From Escherichia phage LF82-4: a stretch of 64,000 nucleotides of DNA. Below are positions 44,145 through 54,097 of this stretch, in pieces. Each line of letters opens with the position of its first letter. Within the stretch, counting starts at the first letter, position 1. The notes under the pieces were generated by a model. It was not told the DNA's origin and did not search any database. It saw nothing but the letters and a program-made list of their open reading frames with translations. Location: sequence record PV660448, one strand, 5' to 3'. The position numbers and the translations under genes were made by a program.

Positions 44145-45965
44145 TTAACCAAGCATCCAATCTTTACGGAGTTCAGGGTCGTTACCCATGAGCATTTCAA
44201 ATAGTTCTTTCCAATTTTCAGGAAGTTTAACTACGTCGTACACAGGGTTTTGAATCATTTCTTTATATTCATCCCGCTGAAGTGAGCCCAATCCCTTGAT
44301 GTATCGAATACTATGCTTAGGCAGTGTATCTTTAACTTCTTCATACTCAGCTACAGTATAAAACCATTTTTGAGTTTTGCCAATTTGTGCAATAATTACA
44401 GGCGTTTTAACAAAGCGAATACGTCCTTGTTCAAACAATTCAGGCCAATTACTAAAGAAAGCAAGCAAAGCAGGATAAATACTTCCAAGGCCGTCATGAT
44501 CGGCATCGGTCATAATTGCAATATTACGATAGTTCGTATTCTCTGCCTTTTCACCAAGAATAAGACCTGTGATAGCACAGATATCGAATAACTCTTTGTT
44601 CTTCATCATATCAGCATATGACATACCCCAGCTATTCATCACCTTACCACGTAATGGGAATCCACCGTGTAGTTCACGGTCACGAACATCAATGAGATAA
44701 CCAATTGCCGAATCACCTTCTGTTAAGAACAATGTCGTATCTGCATCTTTACCACATTGGTTAGCTTTAATATGCTTATGAACCTTAGCTTTAGTTGCCT
44801 TTTTAGCTGCTTTAGTTTCTGCAGCCTTTTCTGCTGCCAATTTACGAGCTAATGCTGCTTCAACAATAGGCATAATCAAGGCTTCGTTTTTAAGAAGTGC
44901 CTGAGCAATTTTCTTAGCATCTAATTGGATATGATTACGAATATCACCATACGTTGACGTTAAACGTTCTTTAGTCTGAGAATCAAAACGCATGTTGCTC
45001 ATGTCTCTAATAAACATCAACATTGTGAGACATTCTTTAACACGAGCTTTAGTGACTTCAATACCCTTATATTTCTTTTTAATACCCGGCAAAAGATGTT
45101 CGCAGATATCGTCCATTACACATTCAACATGATGTCCACCATTTTTAGTATGGATGTTATTCACATAAGTTAAATGACGGAAGCCATCTGGTGATGTTGT
45201 GAATGCTATAGAGACTTTATCATTTTCTTGAATGATGTTATCTTCACCAAATTGTTTAGCAAATCGTTTAAAATTACCATCAACCTTTTTACCATTAAAT
45301 GTGAACTTGATATCAGGATAAACGACTGCCAATGTTTGAAGTCGGTCTAAAGTAATATCTAAATAAATTTGAGATAAATTATGCTCTTCAAATGAAGTGA
45401 AATCAGGAGTGAAGATTACTTTAGTGCCTTTACCTTTAGATTTCTTAGAAGACCATGATTTGTTTTCCATTCCGTTTGAACAGTTAACAGTGATTTCATT
45501 TTCACCATCTGACGTGATGCCTGTAAACAACGTAGAGAAGATATTAGTTAAACTACTCCCGACGCCGTTCATACCACCAGTCTTGCGTTCAGAGTCATCA
45601 CCAAAGTTACCACCGGCCTTTGGAATAGTCCAGGCTGCTACAGGCCCAGGAATTTGTTCACCTGTTTGGTCGGTAACTAAACCTTGAGGAATACCACGTC
45701 CGTTATCTTCCACCGAAACTTGATTATTTTTAATTTGCACATCAATTTTATTTGCAAACTTAAATGATGTACGAATAGCTTCATCAACCGAGTTGTCAAT
45801 AATCTCATCGATTAATTTAACCAGACCTGGAACATATTCAACTTGTTGATATTTACCAAACAAAAAACGCTCGTGGGCTTCTTTAGCAGAAGAACCGATA
45901 TACATACCACTACGTTTCTTAATATGTTCTACATCTGACAATACCTTAATTTCATTTTTAATCAT
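44145..45965 (-). CDS. 39: DNA topoisomerase II large subunit (GyrB-like), unsplit 39+60
   Basis: 606-aa continuous ORF; ATPase N-terminus; no bypass or insertion. Confidence 0.9.
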   Translation of the reverse strand: MIKNEIKVLSDVEHIKKRSGMYIGSSAKEAHERFLFGKYQQVEYVPGLVKLIDEIIDNSVDEAIRTSFKFANKIDVQIKNNQVSVEDNGRGIPQGLVTDQTGEQIPGPVAAWTIPKAGGNFGDDSERKTGGMNGVGSSLTNIFSTLFTGITSDGENEITVNCSNGMENKSWSSKKSKGKGTKVIFTPDFTSFEEHNLSQIYLDITLDRLQTLAVVYPDIKFTFNGKKVDGNFKRFAKQFGEDNIIQENDKVSIAFTTSPDGFRHLTYVNNIHTKNGGHHVECVMDDICEHLLPGIKKKYKGIEVTKARVKECLTMLMFIRDMSNMRFDSQTKERLTSTYGDIRNHIQLDAKKIAQALLKNEALIMPIVEAALARKLAAEKAAETKAAKKATKAKVHKHIKANQCGKDADTTLFLTEGDSAIGYLIDVRDRELHGGFPLRGKVMNSWGMSYADMMKNKELFDICAITGLILGEKAENTNYRNIAIMTDADHDGLGSIYPALLAFFSNWPELFEQGRIRFVKTPVIIAQIGKTQKWFYTVAEYEEVKDTLPKHSIRYIKGLGSLQRDEYKEMIQNPVYDVVKLPENWKELFEMLMGNDPELRKDWMLG

Positions 45966-46010
45966 GTTGTCTCCTCGTTATGAAGGTATTCTATCATCCG
46001 AAATCTAAAG

Positions 46011-46028
46011 CAAAAAGGGCCGAAGCCC
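46011..46028 (-). terminator. small hairpin terminator (GGGC-CGAA-GCCC plus T-run)
   Basis: hairpin followed by TTTTTG on minus strand. Confidence 0.45.
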
Positions 46029-46454
46029 TTATTTAAATTTAATTTTCTGAAGTGCATCAATTACAGCCAAACGCCCTTGTTCACTTTTAACTGTAATGAC
46101 CACATCGCCTGATACGATCACCGAACCATCAACAAATTCTATAGAGCCTTTTTTGAAATCGACAGCTGTATCTGGTTCCTGAACTTCTTCAAAGAATTTA
46201 AATTCTGCACCATAAAGCAGAATATCACCTTGCATACTATGAATAGTTCGGCCATAATCGCCTACGGCTTCTACAGCAATCATTGAAACGCCGTAACCAA
46301 TCATCTCTTCCACAATAAAATCTTTGGACAATAAAGTAGTATGCAGATTAGTATTAAGACGTTTACCAGTCGTATTAAGAATTCTCAAGAAATTATCTTC
46401 TTGACCTTTGATAATACGATATTTCTTACCAACTTCAAAACCTTTAAAAGCCAT
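46029..46454 (-). CDS. hypothetical protein (141 aa; possibly goF-like)
   Basis: ORF track; length equals T4 GoF. Confidence 0.4.
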   Translation of the reverse strand: MAFKGFEVGKKYRIIKGQEDNFLRILNTTGKRLNTNLHTTLLSKDFIVEEMIGYGVSMIAVEAVGDYGRTIHSMQGDILLYGAEFKFFEEVQEPDTAVDFKKGSIEFVDGSVIVSGDVVITVKSEQGRLAVIDALQKIKFK

Positions 46455-46456
46455 AA

Positions 46457-46636
46457 TTAACCCTTCTTAAGTAAGTCGTAAAAACCACCGTTCACATGTT
46501 TAGGAGCAGAAACCCGACGAGTAGACAGACGATGACATTCAGGGCAAACATCGTTTTCTCGTTCAGAAATTCTTTTAATTTTTTCATATTCATGACCGCA
46601 ATCTTCAGATTGACATTTATAGTCGTATAACGGCAT
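46457..46636 (-). CDS. FmdB-type zinc-ribbon protein (59 aa), below ORF-track cut-off
   Basis: manual translation MPLYDYKCQSEDCGHEYEKIKRISERENDVCPECHRLSTRR...; CxxC...CxxC. Confidence 0.45.
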   Translation of the reverse strand: MPLYDYKCQSEDCGHEYEKIKRISERENDVCPECHRLSTRRVSAPKHVNGGFYDLLKKG

Positions 46637-46638
46637 TA

Positions 46639-47067
46639 TTATTCCTTAAAATGTGCTTTCAACATTTGATACAAAGACCATGCCTGGTCGTTATTTTCGA
46701 TAGTAATTGTCATCACCGGAAATTCAGACAATTCGTCAAGTTCACCAGAATCTTGCTCTTCGGACGCTTGATACGGATTTCCCACTTCATCAAAAAACTC
46801 TGCTTCACTAGTAGAGAGCCAGATAAAGTTTTCATCAAGAATATCACCGCCTGTTGCGTATCCAACCATGCCAGTAGATGTCACAATTTTAGTAGGACGA
46901 CCAAGATGGTCAACATCTAATACTTTAAATGGTTCCGGGCCAAGACGTCGTGCATAAATCCCATTATCAGTGTGGTTTTTAATAAACTCTTCTTGGACAC
47001 GTTTATCTTTAAATTGGTACCATGAGTTAACGCGGAATTTATTAGCCATTAGTAAGTTTCCTTCCAA
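46639..47067 (-). CDS. hypothetical protein (142 aa)
   Basis: ORF track. Confidence 0.4.
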   Translation of the reverse strand: MEGNLLMANKFRVNSWYQFKDKRVQEEFIKNHTDNGIYARRLGPEPFKVLDVDHLGRPTKIVTSTGMVGYATGGDILDENFIWLSTSEAEFFDEVGNPYQASEEQDSGELDELSEFPVMTITIENNDQAWSLYQMLKAHFKE

Positions 47068-47276
47068 TAAGTTGTACCGTTTTCAGTGATTTCACGGAAG
47101 ATACCGTAGATAGGCATTTCATCGCCGAGTTTTTCGTAAACGTAAACCACTTCGGTGTAGCATAAAAATCCGGTCCAGTTTTTCTGTACAACAACTAAAT
47201 CAGGATTAAACAGAACATCTTCAAACTCATCGATGTTTGAATCAGTAGTTACGTTTTTAATGATTTGACGTTTCAT
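47049..47276 (-). CDS. hypothetical protein (75 aa from internal Met)
   Basis: trimmed from ORF 47049-47321; RBS GAGGAG. Confidence 0.4.
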   Translation of the reverse strand: MKRQIIKNVTTDSNIDEFEDVLFNPDLVVVQKNWTGFLCYTEVVYVYEKLGDEMPIYGIFREITENGTTYWKETY

Positions 47277-47333
47277 AATATTCTCCTCTTGTTTTGATAG
47301 GTCTATAGTATCATAGACCATAGTTGTTGTACA

Positions 47334-47858
47334 TCATTTTAGCAAAATAAAATCAACTTGTTCTGCCAATGAACGTCTAAACATTAATTGACAACTTCCG
47401 AGGATGAAATCAGGTGCTTCATAGACCGCAATGTAGTATCCTTTAGCTTTCAAGAGTTCAACATCCACCTGGTCATCAAACCATGCATAAACCGCGTCAA
47501 CACTTTCAAATCCAAAATAGAACCCTTGAGCCCAATCTTCACTCAATTCAAATGTGTACTCAATTCTATGGTATCTTAAGATATTTTGTTCAAGAAGTTT
47601 GTCTTCATTTACTGTAGGACGATTAGGGACATTATAGTTGTCGCCGTGATGGTAGAAGTTACCTGAGAGTATTCCATGCTTATCAAGGAACTCCCATGTT
47701 TCTTCAGAGTTGTCAGTGCCAGACCAACCGTAAGGTGAGCGAGGTTCTTTATTCCAAGAGGTTTCCCAAATTCTGACGGCTTTACCGTCTTCGATAGCAA
47801 TTCCTGGTAATGATTCACGTTGAGTGCAAAAACTACGTTCTACGCGATAAACTAACAT
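47334..47858 (-). CDS. hypothetical protein (174 aa)
   Basis: ORF track. Confidence 0.45.
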   Translation of the reverse strand: MLVYRVERSFCTQRESLPGIAIEDGKAVRIWETSWNKEPRSPYGWSGTDNSEETWEFLDKHGILSGNFYHHGDNYNVPNRPTVNEDKLLEQNILRYHRIEYTFELSEDWAQGFYFGFESVDAVYAWFDDQVDVELLKAKGYYIAVYEAPDFILGSCQLMFRRSLAEQVDFILLK

Positions 47859-47884
47859 ATTATTCTCCTCTGGTTGATATGGTT

Positions 47885-47913
47885 ATAATATCAAAACCAG
47901 AGGAGAAGTAAAC
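47885..47913 (-). promoter_or_regulatory. T4-type early promoter within inverted repeat CTCTGGTT/AACCAGAG
   Basis: minus-strand GTTTAC-N17-TATTAT. Confidence 0.5.
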
Positions 47914-47917
47914 AACT

Positions 47918-48337
47918 TTATGCGAAAGCAGCCGGGCTATATTTTTTAATTTGGAATTCAGGAACTACCATGAACTGACCAGCGAAAACGATGTTATAAA
48001 GCTTAACACCATCTTCTACCCAACGGTCGCTAATAAATCCGGCGATTTGCTTAGTTTTCCATGGCGTTCCATCAGTTGCCGCAGCAATAGTGAATTCATG
48101 GTCTTTTTCAACAGAAACTGATCTGCATAGTCCCCATTTGAACGCTTTTTCTTCTGGCTCAATGAACTGGCTTGAGACGTAGCCAATATTACCATTAGCA
48201 TCACGAACTTTAACTTGGTTACGACCAAAAACCGGATCACTCACAGAAAGAACTTCAACCAACTTCCCGGCAACTTTAGAGCGAGAAGCAACAGATACAT
48301 ATACGTAATCACCTGTAGAGAGATTTACAATATTCAT
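47918..48337 (-). CDS. paralog family member 1 (139 aa)
   Basis: shares C-terminal block FISD.WVEDG.KLYNIVF.G.F.VV with next two ORFs. Confidence 0.5.
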   Translation of the reverse strand: MNIVNLSTGDYVYVSVASRSKVAGKLVEVLSVSDPVFGRNQVKVRDANGNIGYVSSQFIEPEEKAFKWGLCRSVSVEKDHEFTIAAATDGTPWKTKQIAGFISDRWVEDGVKLYNIVFAGQFMVVPEFQIKKYSPAAFA

Positions 48338-48346
48338 AATAATTCC

Positions 48347-48802
48347 TTAAGCTTTACGAGGAGACACATAGCGAGTGATTTCAGATTCTTTAACAACTCG
48401 GAAGTCACCTAAGAATACGATATTGTATAACTTTTCACCATCTTCAACCCATTGGTCACTGATGAAGCCGCACATAATATCAGTTTTGTTTGGATAACCA
48501 TATTCGTCGATGAAATCAAATTCTTTATCAGTCCGGAATTCAACGCCTTTGCAAAGGGCCCATTTGAACTGTACATTAGGTTCAGTAGAAGCAAAATGAG
48601 CGCTCACATGAGTTTCCAAGAATTTAGGACTTACGTAAGCGTACTGAGTTTCAGTTTTTCCAGAACTAGGAATGATTCGAACTTTAACTTCTTTAACACG
48701 ACCAGTACCATTAGTACGAAGTCCTACCACTTCAACTAGACGACCTGCAGCTTTAGAACGAGATGCAGATGATACACGCTTAATTTCACCAATAGTAATC
48801 AT
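48347..48802 (-). CDS. paralog family member 2 (about 151 aa)
   Basis: start set at first ATG downstream of promoter 48833-48862. Confidence 0.5.
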   Translation of the reverse strand: MITIGEIKRVSSASRSKAAGRLVEVVGLRTNGTGRVKEVKVRIIPSSGKTETQYAYVSPKFLETHVSAHFASTEPNVQFKWALCKGVEFRTDKEFDFIDEYGYPNKTDIMCGFISDQWVEDGEKLYNIVFLGDFRVVKESEITRYVSPRKA

Positions 48803-48832
48803 AATTTCTCTCTCTTTGTTTAAGTTGAATTC

Positions 48833-48862
48833 ATTATACTCCATCCGTCCTTGGATGTACAA
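48833..48862 (-). promoter_or_regulatory. T4-type early promoter (member of duplicated promoter family)
   Basis: near-identical to promoters at 512-542 and 49390-49419. Confidence 0.45.
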
Positions 48863-48864
48863 CA

Positions 48865-49359
48865 TTAATTAAGGATATTAACCACAGCACTACGTGGAAC
48901 TACACTAAAATCACCTGCATGAACAACGTTCAGAAGTTCAACACCGTCTTCAATCCATTGGTCAGTTACCCATCCATTTACTGGACCAGCGAATGGGCGT
49001 CGAATTGAAACATATTTACACAACAAATCAGTAGGCTCAATAGGCTTAATCAGAGTACCGTACATACAAGCGATATCCATATCAATACAGATATCTTTAA
49101 CGGGTTCTACTTCTTCAATCAACAGTTCAAAGTCGGTGCTTGGAAGGGCGGTAGTAGAAATTGTACCATATGAATTTTTAATTTCTAAGAATAACCAAGG
49201 GCCTTCAACTTGTTTGATGAAGTTAACAATAGTGAAACTATTACCTTGAGTGGCACCTAAAATTTCACAAAACTTTTCATAAGCTCGCACTGAAGCACCA
49301 TACCAGTTGATTTGTTTTTCATCTTTCAGGATGTAAGTAGCCGTAGTATTGATATTCAT
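48865..49359 (-). CDS. paralog family member 3 (about 164 aa)
   Basis: start set at first ATG downstream of promoter 49390-49419. Confidence 0.5.
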   Translation of the reverse strand: MNINTTATYILKDEKQINWYGASVRAYEKFCEILGATQGNSFTIVNFIKQVEGPWLFLEIKNSYGTISTTALPSTDFELLIEEVEPVKDICIDMDIACMYGTLIKPIEPTDLLCKYVSIRRPFAGPVNGWVTDQWIEDGVELLNVVHAGDFSVVPRSAVVNILN

Positions 49360-49389
49360 AATGTTTTCCTGTTTGGTTAAGATAGAAAG

Positions 49390-49419
49390 ATTATACTCCA
49401 ACCATCCTTGGTTGTAAAC
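49390..49419 (-). promoter_or_regulatory. T4-type early promoter
   Basis: minus-strand GTTTAC-N18-TATAAT. Confidence 0.5.
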
Positions 49420-49423
49420 TGTT

Positions 49424-50101
49424 TTATCGCTGTTTTACACTTAACGGATCAGGATTCTCAGGTAAATCTTCAAGGCCAAGCGCATAACGCTGAGCATATT
49501 TTAACATCAAAATATCTTTAGCACAATCATGAATACTATCATGGGCAACGAATCCTTTTAGCGTACCCATCGGTAATGGACACATACTTAATCCTCGTGT
49601 CAACGAGTAAGCTTCGATTGCCGTACGAATATCGCGTTGAGCCCAGAATTTAACCGGTTCTAATTTATCGGTATCAATATCTGGTTCAAGAACACCTTCA
49701 TCACGATAGAGGTCACGAATCAAATCGACCAAGATCGGGAAGTCAAAGCTCATACCACGGCACCACATCTGTGATTTCCATTGGTCAACTTTATTAGCTC
49801 GGCAATAGTCTAAAAAGATTTTAATGCCTTCAAGCGTAGTGACATCGTCTTCAGACGGGGCCAAGTTTTTACGTGCTTCAGCCGATTGTTCTTTCCACCA
49901 TTTCATAGTGGATTTAGCGAAAACTCGCTTCCCTTTCTGAGAAGCTAAATTAAATTTAATTCGCTTACCTCGTTGAACAAGTTCTTCGAATGATTCAACA
50001 ATTTCAGGGTCCGAATTATATGCAATAACCGCAAGGTCAATAACAGCAGCTTTTGACGTATTGCCGAATGTTTCAAAATCTATAATAACATCAGTGCTCA
50101 T
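49424..50101 (-). CDS. dexA: exonuclease A (DnaQ-like 3-prime to 5-prime exonuclease)
   Basis: 225 aa; DxE exonuclease motif near N-terminus (IIDFETFG). Confidence 0.85.
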   Translation of the reverse strand: MSTDVIIDFETFGNTSKAAVIDLAVIAYNSDPEIVESFEELVQRGKRIKFNLASQKGKRVFAKSTMKWWKEQSAEARKNLAPSEDDVTTLEGIKIFLDYCRANKVDQWKSQMWCRGMSFDFPILVDLIRDLYRDEGVLEPDIDTDKLEPVKFWAQRDIRTAIEAYSLTRGLSMCPLPMGTLKGFVAHDSIHDCAKDILMLKYAQRYALGLEDLPENPDPLSVKQR

Positions 50102-50110
50102 AATTTTCTC

Positions 50111-51424
50111 TCAAATAAAATGGACGTCAAAACGACCACGAGTTGTGCCGACATACAATAACTGTTTAGCTAATTCTGAATCGGCATAATGGATACACGG
50201 TGTATAAACAAAGGCCGTGTCAACAGACATACCCTGGGCCTTATGGAAGGTTGATACTGGTAGTGCCTTCACCTTAGTGAACATACGTTTAGCATCCCAG
50301 AATTCACTCCATGGAGCTTTACCACCTTTATTCCAGAATTTGTATGTTTCTGCAGTCTTAGCCAAAAACAAATTGAATTTATAAAGCTCTTCTTCAGAAG
50401 AAATAACCTTTATATCTTCGCGGATGTATTCTTCATCATCCCCATATGTTTCTACTGTAAGATTCCAGTATCGTATCATATATTCGCCCGAAACACCACG
50501 TGCTTTAACGAATGTAGACGTTTCTACAGCATCTCGAATACGAACGAATTGCCCGTTATTGAAAAGCATTTCGGTCATATTTTTACCGTCTAGCTTATAT
50601 GTCTTAGTAAATGGCTCTTGTAGAACAATGACTTCGTCTTTAATAAATGGTTTTTCTGTTTCAAGAAGTTTTCGGCGAATAATTGAATTTAACTTGTCCA
50701 CCGACTTATTTGTGAATGCCATCATTCGATTTTCGAAAAGGTCTTCAGGAGTTTTAACGACGTTAAAATAGTTCATCATATACGATTTAAGGTCTGTATA
50801 TCCATGAACGCCGTGCCCATCAACTACTTTATCGTAAATCCATTTGCCATTACGAATATCAGTCGCAACATCAATAATTGGTGCATTGCTACGTTTAACT
50901 TCTGTAAGGTTGCATTGCACGAAGTCTTTGTGAGTGAAGAAAGGACTTAGATACGCAGTGGATTCGCCTGGGTCTACCGGACGAATCTGACATCGGTCAC
51001 CAATTCCAATTACTGTACACCATTTAGGGATACTAGCTAACATTATTTTAAACAGAGAACGGTCACACATTGACGCTTCATCAAATAACAGTACACGACA
51101 CAAGGCTAAGTCGGGAACCTTTTTCTGTTCAAACAATACGTTTTCTTCGTATGTGGTTGGGTTGATTTTAAGAATGCTATGAATGGTTGATGCTTCTTGA
51201 CCCGCAAGTTTGCTTAGAACCTTTTTAGCAGCATGTGTAGGGGCTGCTAAAATAATACCTGATTCTCCAGAAGAAATAAGGGCTTCAACGATGAATCTAG
51301 TAAGGGTTGTTTTACCTGTACCAGCAGGCCCATTAATAGTTACGTGATGTTTCTTTTCTTTAATAGCGTTCATAACAACGTTGAAGGCGTTTTTCTGGCC
51401 TTCAGTCAAATCATCAAATGTCAT
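50111..51424 (-). CDS. dda: Dda DNA helicase (SF1B)
   Basis: 437 aa; Walker A GPAGTGKT. Confidence 0.9.
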   Translation of the reverse strand: MTFDDLTEGQKNAFNVVMNAIKEKKHHVTINGPAGTGKTTLTRFIVEALISSGESGIILAAPTHAAKKVLSKLAGQEASTIHSILKINPTTYEENVLFEQKKVPDLALCRVLLFDEASMCDRSLFKIMLASIPKWCTVIGIGDRCQIRPVDPGESTAYLSPFFTHKDFVQCNLTEVKRSNAPIIDVATDIRNGKWIYDKVVDGHGVHGYTDLKSYMMNYFNVVKTPEDLFENRMMAFTNKSVDKLNSIIRRKLLETEKPFIKDEVIVLQEPFTKTYKLDGKNMTEMLFNNGQFVRIRDAVETSTFVKARGVSGEYMIRYWNLTVETYGDDEEYIREDIKVISSEEELYKFNLFLAKTAETYKFWNKGGKAPWSEFWDAKRMFTKVKALPVSTFHKAQGMSVDTAFVYTPCIHYADSELAKQLLYVGTTRGRFDVHFI

Positions 51425-51732
51425 CGTAAAGTCCCTGCAATTGGAATACTAACAATACGGCCTGTGTCCAGGATTCGTTGATACAATCTTTGCGTCTCCG
51501 CATCTAGTTTAACGTGTTTCATTTCAAGCTTATTAAACCAGAACTTACGCGGAGTTTCGACCATTCTTAGAACTCCCATTTTTAAATCTGTTTTATACTG
51601 TGTTTTCAAAGTATCGAAAACTTTATCTGCAATATCCTTTCTAAAAAATACTGCAGGACGATGCTCATCAAGTGGAACCGGGACAGTAAATCCTTCCATA
51701 TCTCGATAAACTATTGCATATACATAAACCAT
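51421..51732 (-). CDS. hypothetical protein (103 aa), dda.1 position
   Basis: ORF track; synteny. Confidence 0.5.
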   Translation of the reverse strand: MVYVYAIVYRDMEGFTVPVPLDEHRPAVFFRKDIADKVFDTLKTQYKTDLKMGVLRMVETPRKFWFNKLEMKHVKLDAETQRLYQRILDTGRIVSIPIAGTLR

Positions 51733-51734
51733 AA

Positions 51735-52481
51735 TTAACCTTTAATAAGTTGGAATAATGATGCGCTAAGTGGTAAGCCACGTTTCAATTTTAATTTACC
51801 AATGAAACCAATCTTTTCAAAACGTCGCAGACCTTGGATAACTTTATCATATGTATCGAAAAGCGATTCAGCATCAGTTAATTTAGTTTTAGTTTTCCAG
51901 TCAGAGCCTTTAAGAAGAACGTTGAGTTTAGTAAGTTCATGGCCTTCTGCTTGATGTGAGCCATTAATGCGTGCTTTCAAAGCAACAATTCTAAGTTTAG
52001 ATTCGTTAGATAAAGGTTGATTTTTCATCATGTTCGCCATATGCTTAACACGATTTTCACGTTTTGCTCGGATTTTTAAAATAGTACCATAAACCTTTTT
52101 GATTTGGGCCCATTTCTTCTCGTCGAGATTAAGTTTCTCTACTTTACGGGCAGAAGGATTAGCGATACGTCTTGCAATGGCATCACGTTTCTCAATAAGT
52201 TCTTCTAATGTTAAATCAGAACGAGCCGTATTATATTTTTTCTTAACCGGGATAACATTACCTTTAATGTAGCCTATATCATTATTAAAACGTTCTAAGG
52301 ATAATTTCTCACCTTCAACAGAGTTATTAAAAGATTCACCTGAGTAAGCGCAGACCTTTTGATCAAGAATGTTTTTAAGGTAATTAAAGTCTAAGTTAAA
52401 ATCCTTAGAGCGTCTCTTCGCAGAAGCTCTGGTGTGGTCAAGACGACGATTGATTTTGTTAATTTTATTATTTGATAACAT
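51735..52481 (-). CDS. srd: Srd-like protein (sigma-related early protein)
   Basis: 248 aa, same length and position as T4 Srd. Confidence 0.6.
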   Translation of the reverse strand: MLSNNKINKINRRLDHTRASAKRRSKDFNLDFNYLKNILDQKVCAYSGESFNNSVEGEKLSLERFNNDIGYIKGNVIPVKKKYNTARSDLTLEELIEKRDAIARRIANPSARKVEKLNLDEKKWAQIKKVYGTILKIRAKRENRVKHMANMMKNQPLSNESKLRIVALKARINGSHQAEGHELTKLNVLLKGSDWKTKTKLTDAESLFDTYDKVIQGLRRFEKIGFIGKLKLKRGLPLSASLFQLIKG

Positions 52482-52633
52482 AATATTTTCCTCTGTCTTA
52501 CGGACGTTAAGGTCATTTAGCTGATAAGTCTATAATATCATGCCCTCAGGTAGTGTACACTCTTTTTCATAAAATGCTTTAATTTTTTATGTGTTATAAT
52601 GGTTCTGAGTTCCATCCGGTTATTCCAATTCAG

Positions 52634-53242
52634 TCAGTAACTGACAATAGACAGATTCCAGATTGTATAACGTCCATCTTGAATAATAGAATCTACACGC
52701 AGTGTAGTCCCTATAGGGAGCATAAATTCACATTCGTCAGATATAAGTCTAGCATTAGACCGTCTTGTCGCTTCAGGGAAAGCTCCATTGAACTCACAAG
52801 ATGGCGCAGCCAGAATCATGTTAAGCATATGTTCACGGAAGTTGAAAGCAAATGGTGCATCTTTGATGCAGAACATATTAAATGTTCCATAAAAATTATA
52901 TGAAGCGAAGTTACGTGCTACACCAAACACCGGGCTAAAGCTCATTACTCTGTCAAATTTAATAATACTACCAATGCCTTTATCATCGAGTGTGGCCATA
53001 GTTTTCTTAGAGATTCCACGATACATTGTCTCAGGAACAGAAGACGTCCAATTTCTACGAACGATTGAACTTAACTCCTGTTGAATACAGTCTGGCTTGT
53101 TTTCCATACACTGCCAAAGGATGCTTTGTTCATTATCGTTGAATTGACTATCAATTTCGTACTGCAATTCATCTTGATATTCAGGGCATTGAGCACGGCG
53201 AACCATTTCCTCAATTTCACACTCGTTATACGGCATAAACAT
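52634..53242 (-). CDS. modA: ADP-ribosyltransferase ModA-like
   Basis: 202 aa; R-S-ExE-like ART motif pattern; tandem with paralog. Confidence 0.6.
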   Translation of the reverse strand: MFMPYNECEIEEMVRRAQCPEYQDELQYEIDSQFNDNEQSILWQCMENKPDCIQQELSSIVRRNWTSSVPETMYRGISKKTMATLDDKGIGSIIKFDRVMSFSPVFGVARNFASYNFYGTFNMFCIKDAPFAFNFREHMLNMILAAPSCEFNGAFPEATRRSNARLISDECEFMLPIGTTLRVDSIIQDGRYTIWNLSIVSY

Positions 53243-53299
53243 TTAGGTTTCTCCTGTGGTTGATAAAGGTATAGTATCATCATCGGAAGAGTTTGTACA

Positions 53300-53881
53300 C
53301 TAAAAATTCAACATCTTTAAGTGAATGATTTTGTATACTCGAGACAAAGGGTCATACTCTAACTCTTCGATTTCCACAATCTCGAATCTAGAGATACCTG
53401 AAACCATGTACTCTTGTTCAGATTCAATCATATCTAGGACATCAACACGCGTTTCTTCCATAACATGCTTAGGGTTCTTTCCGGCGAGTACAATGTTAAC
53501 CATGTTTTGGTAGTAATCAAAAATGAATGGAGCATTCCTGAGACTAAGAATAGTGTACGTCTGATATTCCCATCTCCCTGAGAATTGACGAGCTGTACTG
53601 AAATCAGTTGTGAACGATGTTACTCGTCCAGGAGACCATTGGCATCCAACAGAAAGAAGGGAAAGACGTTCTACTTCTTCTGGAGTTACACCACGGTAGA
53701 GTTCTACTGGTACTGTAGAAGTCATATGCTTACGAACAAGACGGTCTAATTCATAGTGAAAATCCGGGTCTTCCTTAGAATCGGTGCAAGCCCAGAGAAT
53801 GTTTTGTTCTTGGCGGGTGAATTTGCTATCAATAAGATTTGTTAGGTATTCGCGTTCTTGAAGTTCAGATTGACATGTCAT
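53300..53881 (-). CDS. modB: ADP-ribosyltransferase ModB-like
   Basis: 193 aa; paralog of preceding ORF. Confidence 0.6.
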   Translation of the reverse strand: MTCQSELQEREYLTNLIDSKFTRQEQNILWACTDSKEDPDFHYELDRLVRKHMTSTVPVELYRGVTPEEVERLSLLSVGCQWSPGRVTSFTTDFSTARQFSGRWEYQTYTILSLRNAPFIFDYYQNMVNIVLAGKNPKHVMEETRVDVLDMIESEQEYMVSGISRFEIVEIEELEYDPLSRVYKIIHLKMLNF

Positions 53882-53908
53882 GATAGACCTCCATTTAAAG
53901 ATAAGCCT

Positions 53909-53937
53909 ATCATAACACGAGAGGAGGGAATGTAAAC
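53909..53937 (-). promoter_or_regulatory. T4-type early promoter
   Basis: minus-strand GTTTAC-N17-TATGAT upstream of modB. Confidence 0.5.
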
Positions 53938-54097
53938 TACTTTTTAAGCTTTCCTACTAAAGGTCCATCAGGGCCAGGTTGTTCTAACATGAATAAGGAC
54001 GCTTTAAAAAGCAATGTCAACCCTTTCACCATTCGATACCATGTCTCAAAGTCTTTTTCCTTGATTTCTAGTAAGAATTTCTCTTTAAATTTCTCTT

